This document shows, piece after piece, positions 1-14,900 of a stretch of DNA of 64,000 nucleotides (positions within the stretch are counted from its first letter, which is position 1; each line of letters begins with the position of its first letter). Under the pieces are notes generated by a model. The model searched no databases, was not told the DNA's origin, and saw nothing but the letters and a program-made list of their open reading frames with translations. The position numbers were made by a program, and so were the translations under genes. Origin of the DNA: Lytechinus pictus (taxonomy: Eukaryota); contig NC_087252.1 of NCBI RefSeq assembly GCF_037042905.1, positions 19,408,001 to 19,472,000 on the forward strand. The letters run 5' to 3'.

Positions 1-135
1 TAAACAAGTGATTGATTAATTGGTATTTTACCATCTATTATTTTGGTGCATCTTCTCATTAAGTTATCGCCACTTTCTTTCCTAATATTTTATTTATATG
101 AAATGGTGAATTTGACTCTCATCGCAACCATAGAT

Positions 136-272
<137 letters not shown>

Positions 273-654
273 TTTTCTCTTTTTGGGGGGATGCTGTTTT
301 CCCCTGAAATTTTCAAAAGCTAATCTTTTTCCTGCACGAAGAAGTTGAAGAAGAAGAACTTAAAGAAGAAGAAGAAAAAGTAGTAGTAGCAGTAGTAGAA
401 GAACAACAAGAACAGAGAAAGAGAAGACGTAAAAGGAGGGAAGGGGGTGAGGAGAAAAAAGAAGAGGAAAGTGAGGAGGACAAGAAGACGAAGAACGAGA
501 TATCATTTTCATCGTTCTGTGAGGCGGCTTCTGTTAAACAGGAATTTTTCTTTGTGGAAATTGATATAAAGTAGAATTTTCTGTTATTCCTCGAAATTAT
601 ATCCCCATGTATACCTACCTATTACATTTTACCTATGATTTCTATAAATTACAG

Positions 655-705
655 ATTTATCAACGAAAGAAATTACTACTACTACTCCAAGACCAACCAC
701 GAAAC
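655..705 (+). CDS. Exon, Thr-rich linker ([16 protein letters not shown]), phase 1-1
   Basis: ttacag|ATTTA...GAAAC|gtaagt; 51 nt. Confidence 0.7.
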
Positions 706-3700
706 GTAAGTAAACAGATGTTTCTGACGTTTGAAGCAAAATAAGAAAAAGAAAGAGGAAGATAAGGGGAAAAGAAGAAAAAAAAGTGGAAGAAGATGAA
801 AACAAAACAAAATCAAAGAAGAACAAAAACCAAGAAGGAAGTGATTGGCTGAATTAAAAGGGGGGAAATTATGATAAGAGAAAGAAAAACAAAAAGAAAG
901 GAAAAGAAGAAAGAAGTTAAAAAGAGGAGGACAGAAGAAAAAAAATGAAAGAAAATCAGCAAAGGAATCTTTGTGTGTTGTGAAAGAATTAAATATTTTG
1001 TGATTTTCAACCAACACAGACGAATTTTCATGATCGTATAAATCTTTTATTTGAAGAGTTTAGTTGCAAAAGGGGTTAGGTCCACTTTGGTCCATTCCGA
1101 GAAAAACCATGTTTTTTATTCTCACTTACTACAATACTCTTATGAGAAACTAATTTGTCATGATGTACTACCCTATCATGTGATCATAAAATTGGGTATA
1201 AAAGAAATCTACCTGTCTTCAATTTTTTCAATATATTCATTAAAAATCATCCTTGTGGACCTAACCTCTTTTGCAACTAAACTAAAATGAATCCAATCTA
1301 TTTTGATTGAAAAGTTGATCTTTCTTTGCCACTTTTATTCACGTTTCCATGTGAATTTCAAATTGTTGTTGTTTTCATCAGAACGACTAAAAAATTGGAG
1401 GTCTTGAGACAGAAAACAATAAAAATTATGAACAATGGACCTAACCCCTTTTGACAAATGAGCTCTTCAGAATATTTTGTTTGCAAAAGGGGTTAGGTCC
1501 ACTCCAAGAAAATCGCTTTTTATTCTCCCATATTGCAATATTCTTAAGCGAAACTAAATTTTCGTGACACCCAACCATGAGAACATAAAATTGGGTATAA
1601 AAGAAATCCACCTGTCTTCATATTTTTGTAAATATTCTTTTCCAAAAAAATTGTGTGGACCTAACCCATTTTGCAACTAAACTGAAATGGACCTAACCCC
1701 TTTTGAAAAAAGTGATTTTTCTTTGCCCTTTAGATCACTTTTTAATGGGAATTTTAACTTTTCTTTGGTATCATCTCATAGAGCTACTAAAAATCTATAC
1801 ATTGAAGACAACAAAAAAATCAAATTTGATGAAAAATGGACCTAACCCCTTTTGCAAGTGAGCTCTTCATTTATTGAATGGATTAATATGATATTGATAT
1901 TGTTTCACCTGAATGAATTTTCATTTTCTACTTTTTTTTATTAATTTCACTCAATCCTGCAGAACCCCTTATTGAGATAGGTAAGTTATACATTTAATAT
2001 ATTCTTATTCGCTTTCAAAACAATAAATCCATTTACAAAAAGGGGAGGGGGATGTATTTCGGTGTTTGTGATCGATGCCCGGGTGAAAACAAAAAGGGCA
2101 GATGTAGAAATGGCAGAAGATAAAATGGGAGAGGTAAACATGGCAGGTTAAAAATTGGAGAGGTAAGATGGCAGGTGTAAAAATTGGAGGGGTAAAAATA
2201 GCAGAGGTAAAAATAGCGAGTCATCGCCTAAAATGGACGCAATGAAATAATCAAACGAAGTCGTGAAAATATATGTTCGCTCCAAAACAGCCCACAGTAA
2301 TTCTTTACGTTATCTGTCATTTCAATTTCATTGATCTGGGATGTATATATATATATATATATATACTGCACACTCGTTTCTATCAGTGGAGAGTTTCATG
2401 AAAGGACTTATCGGAAATTTTACCCGACAATTCCCATTTTTTCCCGGCAGTTACAATAGTAACATCAAGGAAAGAAGTTGTCGGATCTGACAACTTGTTG
2501 GACAAAAAAGTTGATGAAACACTTTCCCCAGAATTATTGTATTTTATATATTTTATTTAGGCGAGGCTCCTGGGTTATTTTTATAAGGGGGTGTGCCCCC
2601 TCCCCTCCTGAAAAAAAGTAGACAACTGACTAATTTCTTCTAAGCCGATCAGACACCAGATTTTGAGTAGCTTATAATAGTTATTGAAAAAATTATTTCT
2701 TGAAATGCTCCAAGGTTTTTAAAAAAATAAAAATTACCGGTAGCCTGATCAAGTCCACCCCAGAAAAATATTGATTCGAATAAATAGAGAAAAATCAAAC
2801 TAGCATAATGCTCAAAATTTCATCAAAATCGGATGTTCAATAAGAACGTTATGACATTTTAAAGTTTCACTTATTTATCACAAAACAGTGATATGCACAA
2901 CTTAGTGATATGCAAATGAGACAGTCGATGACGTGTATCACTCACTATTTCTTTGGTTTATTTTATTGTTTGAGTTATACAAGATTTCATTTTTTACAGA
3001 TTTGACAATAAGGACCAACTTAACTGAACCATATAGTATTAAACAATGCTAATTCGACATGTTCAGTGAGGAATTAATCGTTGATTCACTTGAAAATGAG
3101 GAGAAAATGAGAATATTTCATATAATAAAATACAAAAGAAATAGTGAGTGGATATCGTCATCAGTCGCCTCATTTGCATACTGACCAGCGTGTGCATATA
3201 TAACTGTTTTGTGAAATTAAGCGAATCTTCAAATTGTCATAACTTTCTTATTTTACATCCGATTTTGATGAAATTGTCAGTGTTATGCTTGGCGGATTTT
3301 TCTCTTTTTATTCAAATCAACTTTTTTGGGGGTGGACTAAGTCCTTTAATATAGCAAATAATTATTAAACGTATTGCACTTTCTCGTGAAAGGGAAGTGT
3401 CCTGGGCGTGTATTGTATTCCTTTAATGTGCAGATTTGTAAATAAAGTGATATGTAAAAAAAAAAAAGTAACATGAATAACATGCATACACTCATATCCG
3501 GTTATTTTGGTATTTAGATTACATAGGAGCCGAGGTTGTAGTTACTTTCAATAATAGGAATTACACCGATGCTTTGAACGACTCTACATCTTCCGAATAT
3601 CAGGCTTTGGTTGATGAAATATCAATGTTGGTAAGTAAGACGAATCCAGGTTTAAAAGACAGACAAACAAGAAAAACAAACAATAAAACAGAAACACCAA

Positions 3701-6700
3701 AAACGAACAAGCAAATAAAAATCGGATAATTCTTCCGGTTTTTCTTTTTCCTCCGCCAACAACTGAAAAGAAAAATCCAGCCTAGGCCTACAGAGAATTT
3801 CAGAAAACGGATTTCTAATTGTATTGCAACTCTGAAAATACATTGTTATGAGTAAAGGCGAGGACGGTCCCTGGCTACTTTACCCCCCCCCCCCCTCCCG
3901 GCTTCAGATTCGTAGTTCGTAGCCATGGCCTGAAAAACTTTCGTCCAATAAAAAAATATGTCATGTGAATCCATCGTTATGATTGGCCAAGTGTTGTCTA
4001 ATGGATATGTGGGCGTGGTTTAAGACAAATGAAGTAAAAAGCACGCAGCGAAAATGAGAGGTATGTAAACGTCATTAAAATTTTGAGCAGGACAGACACG
4101 AAAGAAAGTTCTTCGAGGGAATTAGCCTGATTTGGGTTCCAATGCTTAGATATATATGGAAAATGGGCATACTCGTGATATAGGCCCCGCTCGAGAAAAA
4201 ATTGTAATCGATCATACCTCAATATCTAGGTTGCTAACTTCAGCTCACTATATATACTCGTGATATAGGCCCCGCTGCTGTGTTGAATTGCTCAGAATGT
4301 CCGTTCGCGGGGCCTGTTTCACGAGTATAATACTATAATCGTTATATAGGCCCCGCACTACGGCACTTCAGGCACTCCAACACAGTAGCGGGGCCTATAT
4401 CACGAGTATATTATTAAGCTTGCATCCTAAGATAGTCGCGAAACTGGCCCCGTCCAATGCGCTTTCCCAACATTCGCACGTGTGTGGGGCTCCGATGACG
4501 GCTATTAGTATACTCGTTATCGAGGCCCCTTGCACTGTTATATCATGGGAAATAACGTGGTCCTGGGGCTTGTTTCCCCGGCCGGTGAGAATTATCATGG
4601 GCGGCGCTGGAGTGGGGGGGGGGGGGGGGGGGGGGGCTCCAATTTATTTTCCAAATAAACAAGGAGAGAGAATAATAAAATGTGTATGTATTTACTTCTT
4701 CAGAAATTTCTTTGTCGATTTACTTATATATATGATACAGTTATTAACTTATTTATTTATTTATTTATCAATCTATTTATAATTATATTGATTAACTAAT
4801 GTATTTTATTCATTTAATTTATTTGTTTTCATTTTTTTTTCTTTTGTGATATAGAGAGTCAGAGGTATCATTTATTTCAATCTATTTTAATTGATTAATT
4901 AATCATTTAATTTATTTGTTTTCATTTTTTTTTCTTTTGTGATATAGAGAATAAGAGGTATCATTTGTTTTTAATTCTTTCTATGTGTGGAAGTTCATTT
5001 ATTTATCAATCTATTTTAATTGATTGATTAATGTATTTATATTTATTCATTAATCATTTAATTTATTTGTTTTCAGTTTTTTTTTTCTTTTGTGAGATAG
5101 AGAGTAAGAGGTATCATTCGTTTTTAATTATTTTTATGTGTGGAAGTTCACTTATTTCAATCTATTTTAATTGATTAATTAATGTATTTACATTGATTGA
5201 TTAATGTATTTATATTTATTAATTAATCATTTAATTTATTTGTTTTCAGTTTTTTTGTAATGTCCAATGCGCTTGTCCCAGCATTCGCCGTGTGTGGGGC
5301 TCGGATGACGGCTATTAGTATACTCGTTATCGAGGCCCCTTACACTTGTTATATCATGGAAAATAGCGTGGTCGTGGGTCTTGATTCCCCGGTGAGTGAT
5401 ATCATGCGCGGCGCTGTAGGGCCGGCCCGGGGGGCTCCTATTTATTTTCAAAAAAACAAGGGGAATAATAAAGAAGTGAGTATAAAAACTCTGCATGACA
5501 ATGGAGTAGGATCCATATGGGCGACTTGTTTTAGGCATGATGTTATCCTTCCATTTTTCAGAGAAAAATCAACCAGGCCCCTCACAACCTGACGCCGCCC
5601 TCGTGTTGCTAATATTTTGCTATTAAAGATCTGCTCTCTGAATAACTTTTGATAAATCCGTGAATGATTCATTCATTTGCTAATTTTTTTGGAGTGTTTT
5701 CGATGTAACGTTGGGCCTATATATTGCTATTTTTGTTCCATTATCCATCGTAATTTGTATTTGCTAGTTATTTGATAACCTCGTTTTATTCAGCTTTTCA
5801 TTTGAATTATTTTTTTGCGGGGAGGGAGGTGTCATTAATAATTAAATTATATAGTTCTTGTATAATTTCCCCCAATCTTTCACTTGACATACTGCTGCGA
5901 ATGAATCCATTTATTCATTCATGTATCATAATCTATTTATAATCACCTGGATGTAAGAAGTCAATATACATTTTTTTCAAATCTGCTTTCTTCTCTTATT
6001 CAATATTGAATCTTTAATCTGGCTTCCTGCGTATTATCAATTTGTATTTTTTTCATTCCTTTCATAACCCCCCCCCCCCCCGCTTCCCCACTTTTCATCC
6101 TTTTAAGTCCAGAAAAGAAAACGAATAGGCATATTCATTCGGGGAAATGTATTAATTTTCTTTTTGTCAATTTTATTATTGCTTGAGGGATATCTACGCT
6201 ATAATTAACTTAATCTATATTTTACTGAGACTTATCCCCCTCCCGGCCCCCACAATTGGGGATAGGCCTATCATTATCTATATCATCTAAGTACGTTAAG
6301 TACGTTTTCTCTTTTACCTAAATATCAATTTATTAATCTTTTATTTTTTAAAAAGCTTACTAATACCGTTCAATGATATCCCAGTATTTCTTCATCTAAT
6401 TAACCTATCAACTTAAATCATTTTCTCATCCTGCTTTAATTTTAATCAATCCACTTGAAGATTGTTTGTAACTGTATTTGATGGCATGGTTTTAAAAATG
6501 ATGGATTTCGATTGTTTGCTGGTATACATGGTAGTCATGGTAGTAGGGCTGAAATAATGGCATATCGCATCAACAAATTATAAAAAAAAAACATTTATTG
6601 ATCGATCGTCATTTCATTAATTCACCATCCAAATATTGCATTTTTTTCTTCGCCTATATGGTATTCATTTATTTACTAATTCATACACCCTCGCCCCCGA

Positions 6701-8865
6701 TTTTATTAAAAGATTTAATAATTTCGGAAAAGTGTCTCAATGTGTTCTTATAATTTATTTTCATGCACGGATTATTCTACTATTTCCTTATCTGTGATAT
6801 TTTATTTCAGGAGTTTAATGTGTCCCCCAGATCCGAGATTTCGTAGCGGGGGGGGGGGGGGGGAGCGCAAATTTGAGAAGACAGTTGGTGGCGCATAGGT
6901 CTGTCTGGTTGAATGCGTCAGAAAAAAAATATACACACAGGTACGGGTTCAGTATTTTTAAAGGGGCTGGGGTACAGCCGTACAGGCCGGTTGGACACAT
7001 TGCCATTCATGAAATCCCTGGTCGGCCACTCAAAGAGGAAAAGGTAAGTGTTTTTTTTTATTGTTTGGGGGGGGGGCGTTGTGATATGGAAGTTTAAGTA
7101 CATTTTACTTTAATATTTACCAACAAGATAGGCCTACCATGACTATACGGCCGAACTAAACGAGAAAAAAAAAAAATTATAATCCATGTGTTAAAAGCTA
7201 TGAATGGAGCACACTAAGTTCTTATTAACCCTAAACAACAAATGTTTATTTAATATTTTAATTACTTAACTGAAAATGGGAAAAAGGCTTTACAGTGACG
7301 CATGAACAGGATATGAAAGAGGAGCGCGAGCTGATTTTTTTTTCACACTTGAAAATAGGATGCGAATGCAATCGAAGTTCGAGATGAATTCTGTTGATAT
7401 ATATCGTCACGAAAATGTTATGTTTTTAAACACTGCTGACATGTAGGAGTGAGAGAGGAGGGGGGGGGGGGGCATCTTGTTCAACACTTAACTTTCCTTG
7501 TTGAATTTAATCCATTACAAAGGATAATAATGCATTTTAAATGATTTTAGTATAATTGACGTTTTCCTTGAACCGTTGTGTTCTTTGAATTGATGGGAGC
7601 ATAAAAACTATAGGTCTATAATCGATTGTAATTCTTTTTTATTTAGGAGCAATAATTTTTACCAAAATCCCCATCATCTTGGAGTGTAATGTTTTTTTCT
7701 TCTTTTTTGCCATTTTTTTTTCAAACAAAACCCACAGCACCCCCTACTAAAAATCGTTCCCAGTGCCCTGCTTGATCGTTTATCGAACATGATTTGCGTG
7801 GATATTTTTTTATTTCTCTATATTTGAGATTTACATAATTCTTGATTTAATAATCAGATCATGCTTCATAAACTTCTTTGTTTGTAAAATTATATTTCTT
7901 GAAGCCGAAATGATATGACTGTTGTGTTTAAGTGACATTTGTTACCTTGTCAGTTTCGTCTAATAGTTTCTGGAGGGTAGGAAATTAGCTTTATTTGATT
8001 AGCATTATATTTAGGATATATAACAAAAATGATATTGCTTGGTCATGTTGGATTCATCTGTAAATATCAATATTTTACATCGATTTACATGTAGTTTAAT
8101 TACCACTAACATAGTATCCTGTTGCTAGGCGACAACCAACAATTCTATAGGCGCTGTTTTTCATGCAGTTGCATCATACATAATTATACTTAGTTGACAG
8201 TGAGGTCACGAATCGTGGCATGTTCTGATATTTTTTTATATATATATAAATACACAAATTTAGAATGAGAAATCAGATAAAGCACAAAAGTTTTTCTAAT
8301 TTAATTTTTCTGTTTTTTGATATACAAAAACCAAATCACAACACGTTATTCTCGTTGTGATTTCGTTTATGTGTTTCCAAAAAACCCAAACTAAGGGGCT
8401 GATTTTCGTTTTTGCTTCTTCATGATTGGAACAGAAAAACAAATTATCCATTAGTACCTTGATTGTGCAGGTTACTGGGCAGGTGAAAGTGACATTACAA
8501 TTGATCTTAACAAGTCATTCATTACATTAATGAGTAGAATACAATTTAATATAATAAACACTAATTAAAGTGTGAGAATGGAAATATTTGATTAGAGAAT
8601 AGCGAACTTCTTAACCAAAATGCGTGGCAATTAAAAAAATATATTTTCAGCAAACCTTTAAGAACATTTTTTCTAGTTTCTGCTTTAATTATCATCAACT
8701 TTACGTCAGGGTATACTGCCCCCTCTCGGGGTAGGCCTATCGTGTCAATTAATAGACAACATTTTTTCCCAAAACAGCACAAACATGAACGAATAAATGA
8801 ATAAACCAGGAAATGAATAAGTGAAGCAATACGAAGGAGAACTTGAAATAGTAATGTATTAGGCC

Positions 8866-8902
<37 letters not shown>

Positions 8903-11900
8903 CATATATATATATACGTTTCACGTATTGGCTTCAGTGGTATTATAAGGTAACAAAATATAGTTTGTTATATATATAATAATATACGGTATAGAGAGAG
9001 AGATCAAATCCATACACAAAAAAGAGAAATTAACGATAATTGTTGGTCTAACATCAAATAAAACAAAAAGTTTAATACAAACAAATACATGAATAAAAAA
9101 ATTAATGTAAAGGACAAGTCCACCCCAAAAAATTTGATTTGAATAAAAAGAGGAAAATCGAACGATCATAACGCTGACAATTTCATAAAAATCGGATGCA
9201 AAATAAGAAAGTTATAACATTTCGAAGTTTAGTTTAATTCAAAATAATAGTTATATATGCACATCCCGGTCGGTATGCAAATGAGGAAACTGATGACGCC
9301 ACCCACTCACTATTTCTTTAGTATTTTATTATATGAAATATATTTTCAAATTTTCTCATTGTCAAGTGAAACAATGATTAATTCCTCCCTGAACATGTAG
9401 AATATATGGTTCAGTCACGTTGGCCCTTATTGTAAAATCTGTGAAAATTGAAATATTGTATAATTCAAACAATAAAAAAACAAAAGAAATAGCGAGGGAC
9501 ATCATCAACTGTATCATTTGCAAGCAAATGAGTTGTGCATATCACTGTTTTGTGAAAAATAAGTGAAACTTTAAAATTTCACAACTTTCTTATTTTACAT
9601 CCGATTTTGATGAAATTGCCAGCGTTATGCGAGTTTGATTTTTCTCTATTTATTGAAATCAACATTTTTCTGGGGTGAACTTGACCTTTAAATAAAATAT
9701 ATATTCCTTTTATGTAACAAAAAATAAGGTTATAACACCCTTCAACTATACGACTAATTAAAAAAGGTAAACGATTATTTTTAAATTTAGATTGTATATC
9801 TATACTTTCTTCAAATTGTTAAAGTCATTCATGCCAGAATGATCGAGGAATCTTCTGAGGATACCAGGTGAAAGAGTAGATATTCTGAGCTTTACAATGA
9901 TTGCCGTCATCATTTTGTATATCCACAAGAACTTACAGAATGAATAAAAATAAATGAAATGTACGAGCCTGTATCAACATAAGACCTAGGCCTACGCACG
10001 CCTCTCAGATAAAAAAAAAATATATATATATATAATAAATAAATATATAGATAATAAATAAATAAATGAACTTCCACACATAAAAAGAATTAAAAACGAA
10101 TGATACCTCTGACTCTCTATATCACAAAAGAAAAAAATACAAATAAATTAAATGATTAATGAATAAATATATATATAATAATTAATCAATTAATATAGAT
10201 TGATAAATAAATAAATGAACTTCCACACATAAAAAGAATTAAAAACGAATGATACCTCTGGCTCTCTATATCACAAAAGGAAAAATATTAATACAAATAA
10301 ATTAAATGATTAATGAATAAATATAAATATATTAATTAATTAATTAAAATATATTGATAAATAAATAAATGAACTTCCACACATAACAAGAATTAAAAAC
10401 GAATAATACCTCTGACTCTCTACATCACAAAAGACAAAAAAACTGAAAACAAATAAATTAAATGATTAATGTATAAATATAAATACATTAATTAATCAAT
10501 TAAAATAGATTGATAAATAAATGAATTAACTTCCACACATAGAAAGAATTAAAAACGAATGATACCTCTGACTCTGTATATACATCGCAGAAGAAAAAAA
10601 ACTGAAAACAAATGAATTAAATGATTAATGAATAAATATAAATACATTAATTAATCAATTAAAATAGATTGATAAATAAATAAATAAATGAACTTCCACA
10701 CATAAAATTATTAAATACGAATAATACCTCTGACTCTCTACATCACAAAAGACAAAAAAACTGAAAACAAATAAATTAAATGATTAATGTATAAATATAA
10801 ATACATTAATTAATCAATATAAATACATTAATTAATCAATTAAAATAGATTGAAATGAGTGAACTTCCACACATAGAAATAATAAAAAACGAATGATACC
10901 TCTTTTCTCTATATCACAAAAGAAAAAAAAAACTGAAAACAAATAAATTAAATGATTAATGAATAAATATAAATACATTAATTAATCAATTAAAATAGAT
11001 TGATAAATAAATAAATAAATGAACTTCCACACATAAAATTATTAAATACGAATAATACCTCTGACTCTCTACATCACAAAAGACAAAAAAACTGAAAACA
11101 AATAAATTAAATGATTAATGTATAAATATAAATACATTAATTAATCAATATAAATACATTAATTAATCAATTAAAATAGATTGAAATGAGTGAACTTCCA
11201 CACATAGAAATAATAAAAAACGAATGATACCTCTTATTCTCTATATCACAAAAGAAAAAAAAAACTGAAAACAAATAAATTAAATGATGAATAAAATACA
11301 TTAATTAATCAATAAAAATAGATTGATAAATGAGTTAATAACTATATTAATATATAAGTAAATTGACAAATAAATTTCTGAAGAAGTAGATACATACACA
11401 TTTTTATTATTCTCTCTCCTTGTTTACTTGGAAAATAAATTGGAGGCCCTCCCCCCCCCCCCCTCCAGCGCCGCCCATGATAATTCTCACCGGCCGGGGA
11501 AACAAGCCCCAGGACCACGTTATTTTCCATGATATACCAGTGCAAGGGGCCTCGATAACGAGTATACTAATAGCCGTCATCCGAGCCCCACACACGTGCG
11601 AATGCTGGGAAAAGCGCATTGGACGGGGCCAGTTTCGCGACTATCTTAGGATGCAAGCTTAATAATATACTCGTGATACAGGCCCCGCTACTGTGTTGGA
11701 GTGTCTGAAGTGCCGTAGTGCGGGGCCTATATAACGATTATAGTATTATACTCGTGAAACAGGCCCCGCGAACGGACATTCTAAGCCATTCAACACAGTA
11801 GCGGGGCCTGTACACTGAACTAGAGATACGTGGAATACGTGTCCCTATTCCCAACGTACACAAAGCAGTGCGGCAACGAAGAGCATCGGACTTCACGCTC

Positions 11901-14900
11901 GACTGAGCGCGCCGCCATTTTGCTAGGTCAATACTGGCTAGTCGACAAATGCTGCGTGAAGGCAGATGGGAGAAAGGAACGCAAAGAAAGTGTTCCTTGT
12001 GCTGTTTAAAGTTTTAGTTTGCTTTGTTAAATCATGAAATATATGTTATTGAATACTTTCATAACTGAAAATGTTGATTTAGTCACATTTTTGTATTAAA
12101 GGGGAGTAAATATACAGACATGAAATCATAAAAACTCGACCTTTTTCACGCGCACACTATGACAAAGAAAGGCCCAACAACAACTCTCTCTTATTTCTCC
12201 CCTTTATATCATCTCGATCTCCCTCTTTATTATTTTTCCTTTCTCTTTGGCTTCTTTCTCTCTGATTTTCCTCTTCTTTCTCATCTCTCTCTCTCTTACC
12301 TTCCCTTTCTATATATCCCCCTTATATCTCTCTTTTATTTCCCCATCTCCCTTATATCAAGCCCTCTTATCTCCCTCTCGTCTCGCCTTTCTCTCCTCAC
12401 CTCTTTCTCATTCCTCGTCATTTCCCCCTTTCTCTCCCTCTCTCTCTTTGATCTTCCTCTTCTTTCCATCTCTTCTCGTTGATCGTCTGTTTCTTTTTTT
12501 CTCTCCGGCTGCATCTTTACCATTTTGCCTTTCTCATTTCAACTTTCTCTATATAAATTTTGAGTAAATATTCCCTTCCCTCCCTCTCATACTGTTCAAT
12601 CACACATTTTAGGGTGAAAAATTGGATAAAAGTTTGAGGACAAGAAGGTTGTTACTTTTAATGAGCCTTCAAAGTTGGACCTTCGTGTGCTCAGCCATGA
12701 AATATCTACTAAGTACAGTGTATATAAAAATGGGCACAATATAATTTGAATTCTAATGAAATTTAATTTGGAAGAGCATGGATGTTGCACGACATGTGCT
12801 TATACATCAATACACCTTTACATAAAGGAAGGGGTGATGGATAAACAAATTCAACTCTAACAAGTTTACTAATTAGAGCACAGATCAGAAAAACAGCAAT
12901 GGTAATTCCATTTAAAAAGTTGTGGCACTAAATTTCGCTTATTTTCACATACCAGATAATTATATGCATATCCTGGTCAGTATATATGAAATATTCCACA
13001 TGTCAAAAATTGCACAAAAAGGCCACTACCTCTTTTCAAATATTTCCAGGGTGACCAGACGTCCCGTATTTCCCGGGATCGTCCCGTATTTTGCTCCTTT
13101 GTCCCGGCGTCCCGACAAACCCTTTCCGGGACACCTATCTGTCCCGTATTTTTAGAATATTGAACAAAATGTAGTTGATACATTTAAAAGTGACGAATTT
13201 TCATCAAATAACCTAACAGATGACGAAGCAGAGACAACAATAAATCGATAACTAAACTTTTGCAAAGTTTTGCGGGTGATTTTTATCCTAACCCAATAGG
13301 CCTACATTGCAAACGAGCTGGCTTCCTGCCTGTGTGTGGCAGGCTCTATGCATGTAGGATCGGAGCAGATTCTCAATGGTGCAAACAATCTCACATGATA
13401 AACAGTTTTTCCACCAAAATAATCGCAAAATCGGCGGGAAATTTTTATGATCATATATTATAGATTCTCAGATTACTGATTTAATAGGAGGAACAAGTTT
13501 TTTAATTTTCATAACTGGATCTACATGTAGTTGTTTTAGCTTTCGTTTTGAGTCTTGTTGTGTAGGATGCCGGCGCTGTTTCCTCTAATTTGTAAGTTGA
13601 CAATGCTTCACTTTGAAATTTTATTCATTTCTAAACCACTTAGTTTTTCAAAATTTTAAAGATAAAAAACACCAAATATATCATTGTTATTTCTGTTAGA
13701 TGATTGGATTGCTTTTGTTTGCTTGAAGTTTGAACTTTTTCCTCTTTCATTTTTATTCTTCATCCTTCTATCCTTCCTGCTTGCTTTTTTTGTTCCATCT
13801 ATCTTTTAATATTTCCTACCTTTCTTTCCTGATCCAGTCTGTGTGTTAATTTTCTTTCTTTCCTTCTTTCTCTTATCTGCCCTTTTTATCTACTTCCTTC
13901 TCCCTTCCTCACCTTTAATTTCTTTTCGTTTTTTCTCTCCTTCCATTATTTTTTTTTCATTCTCTCATCCCTCCAATCTTTCCTCCCTCTCTTTCATTCT
14001 TTCTTTCATTCTTTATTCTATTTTTCCTTCTAATTCTTTCTTTCTTTCCCTCCCTCCCTTCCTTCATTCCCCCTTCATGTTTTCTTCTTTCTTCGTTTCT
14101 TTCTTTCAAAGAATGAAAACATTTTTCTTTCCGGCATTCTTTGTTTCCCTTCTTTTTCTTACTTTTTCTTTCTCACCTTTATTTTGTCTGTCACACATAT
14201 TCCCTTTATTTCTTTTTCTTTCTTTCTATATTCAATGAATTCAACGAATGACGGAAACCTTTTTTTCTCTTTTATTCTTTCTTTCATCGTCTTTTTAATT
14301 ATTCTAACTTTCTTTCATGTTTTCCCCTTCATTTTCCCCTTCATTTTTTCTTTCTTCTTTCTCATTTCATTTCTTTTCTTTCTCTCCTTCATTCTTTCGT
14401 TCACCCTCCCTTCCAATTCTTTATATTTTTTTTCACAAGTATAATACTGTGTAGCCTTCTTTGATTATCTTTTTTTTATGGATTGTCCCGTATTTCATTT
14501 TTTGAAATCTGGTCACCCTGATTTAAACCCTTTTTTAAACTACATGAATTACCAGGTCCCAGTACATTGTGCATATAGAAATATGTTTGTACATGATTGG
14601 CTTAATGACATTAAAATACACTTTGCCACACTAAGTAGTACATCAGTATTAATCTTATATTTATAGAGAAAACATATTGCATCTTGCACATACTTTCAAT
14701 TGCCTTTTACGGCGCGTTCTCGAACAATTGACCTAGCAAAATGGCGGCGGTCACGTGACTTATCGAGTTCGCCGGCGATGTTTTGCTTGGGTGAACACGA
14801 CTTCCACGTATCTCTAGTTCAGTGGGCCTGTATCACGAGTATATATAGTGAGCTGAAGTTAGCAACCTAGATATTGAGGTATGATCGATTACAAGTTTTT

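Noticed and set aside
4395..11662. Matching ORFs at 4420/11407 and 5260 as a candidate transposase
   Set aside because: They lie in the TIR arms, include poly-G runs and show no DDE motifs.
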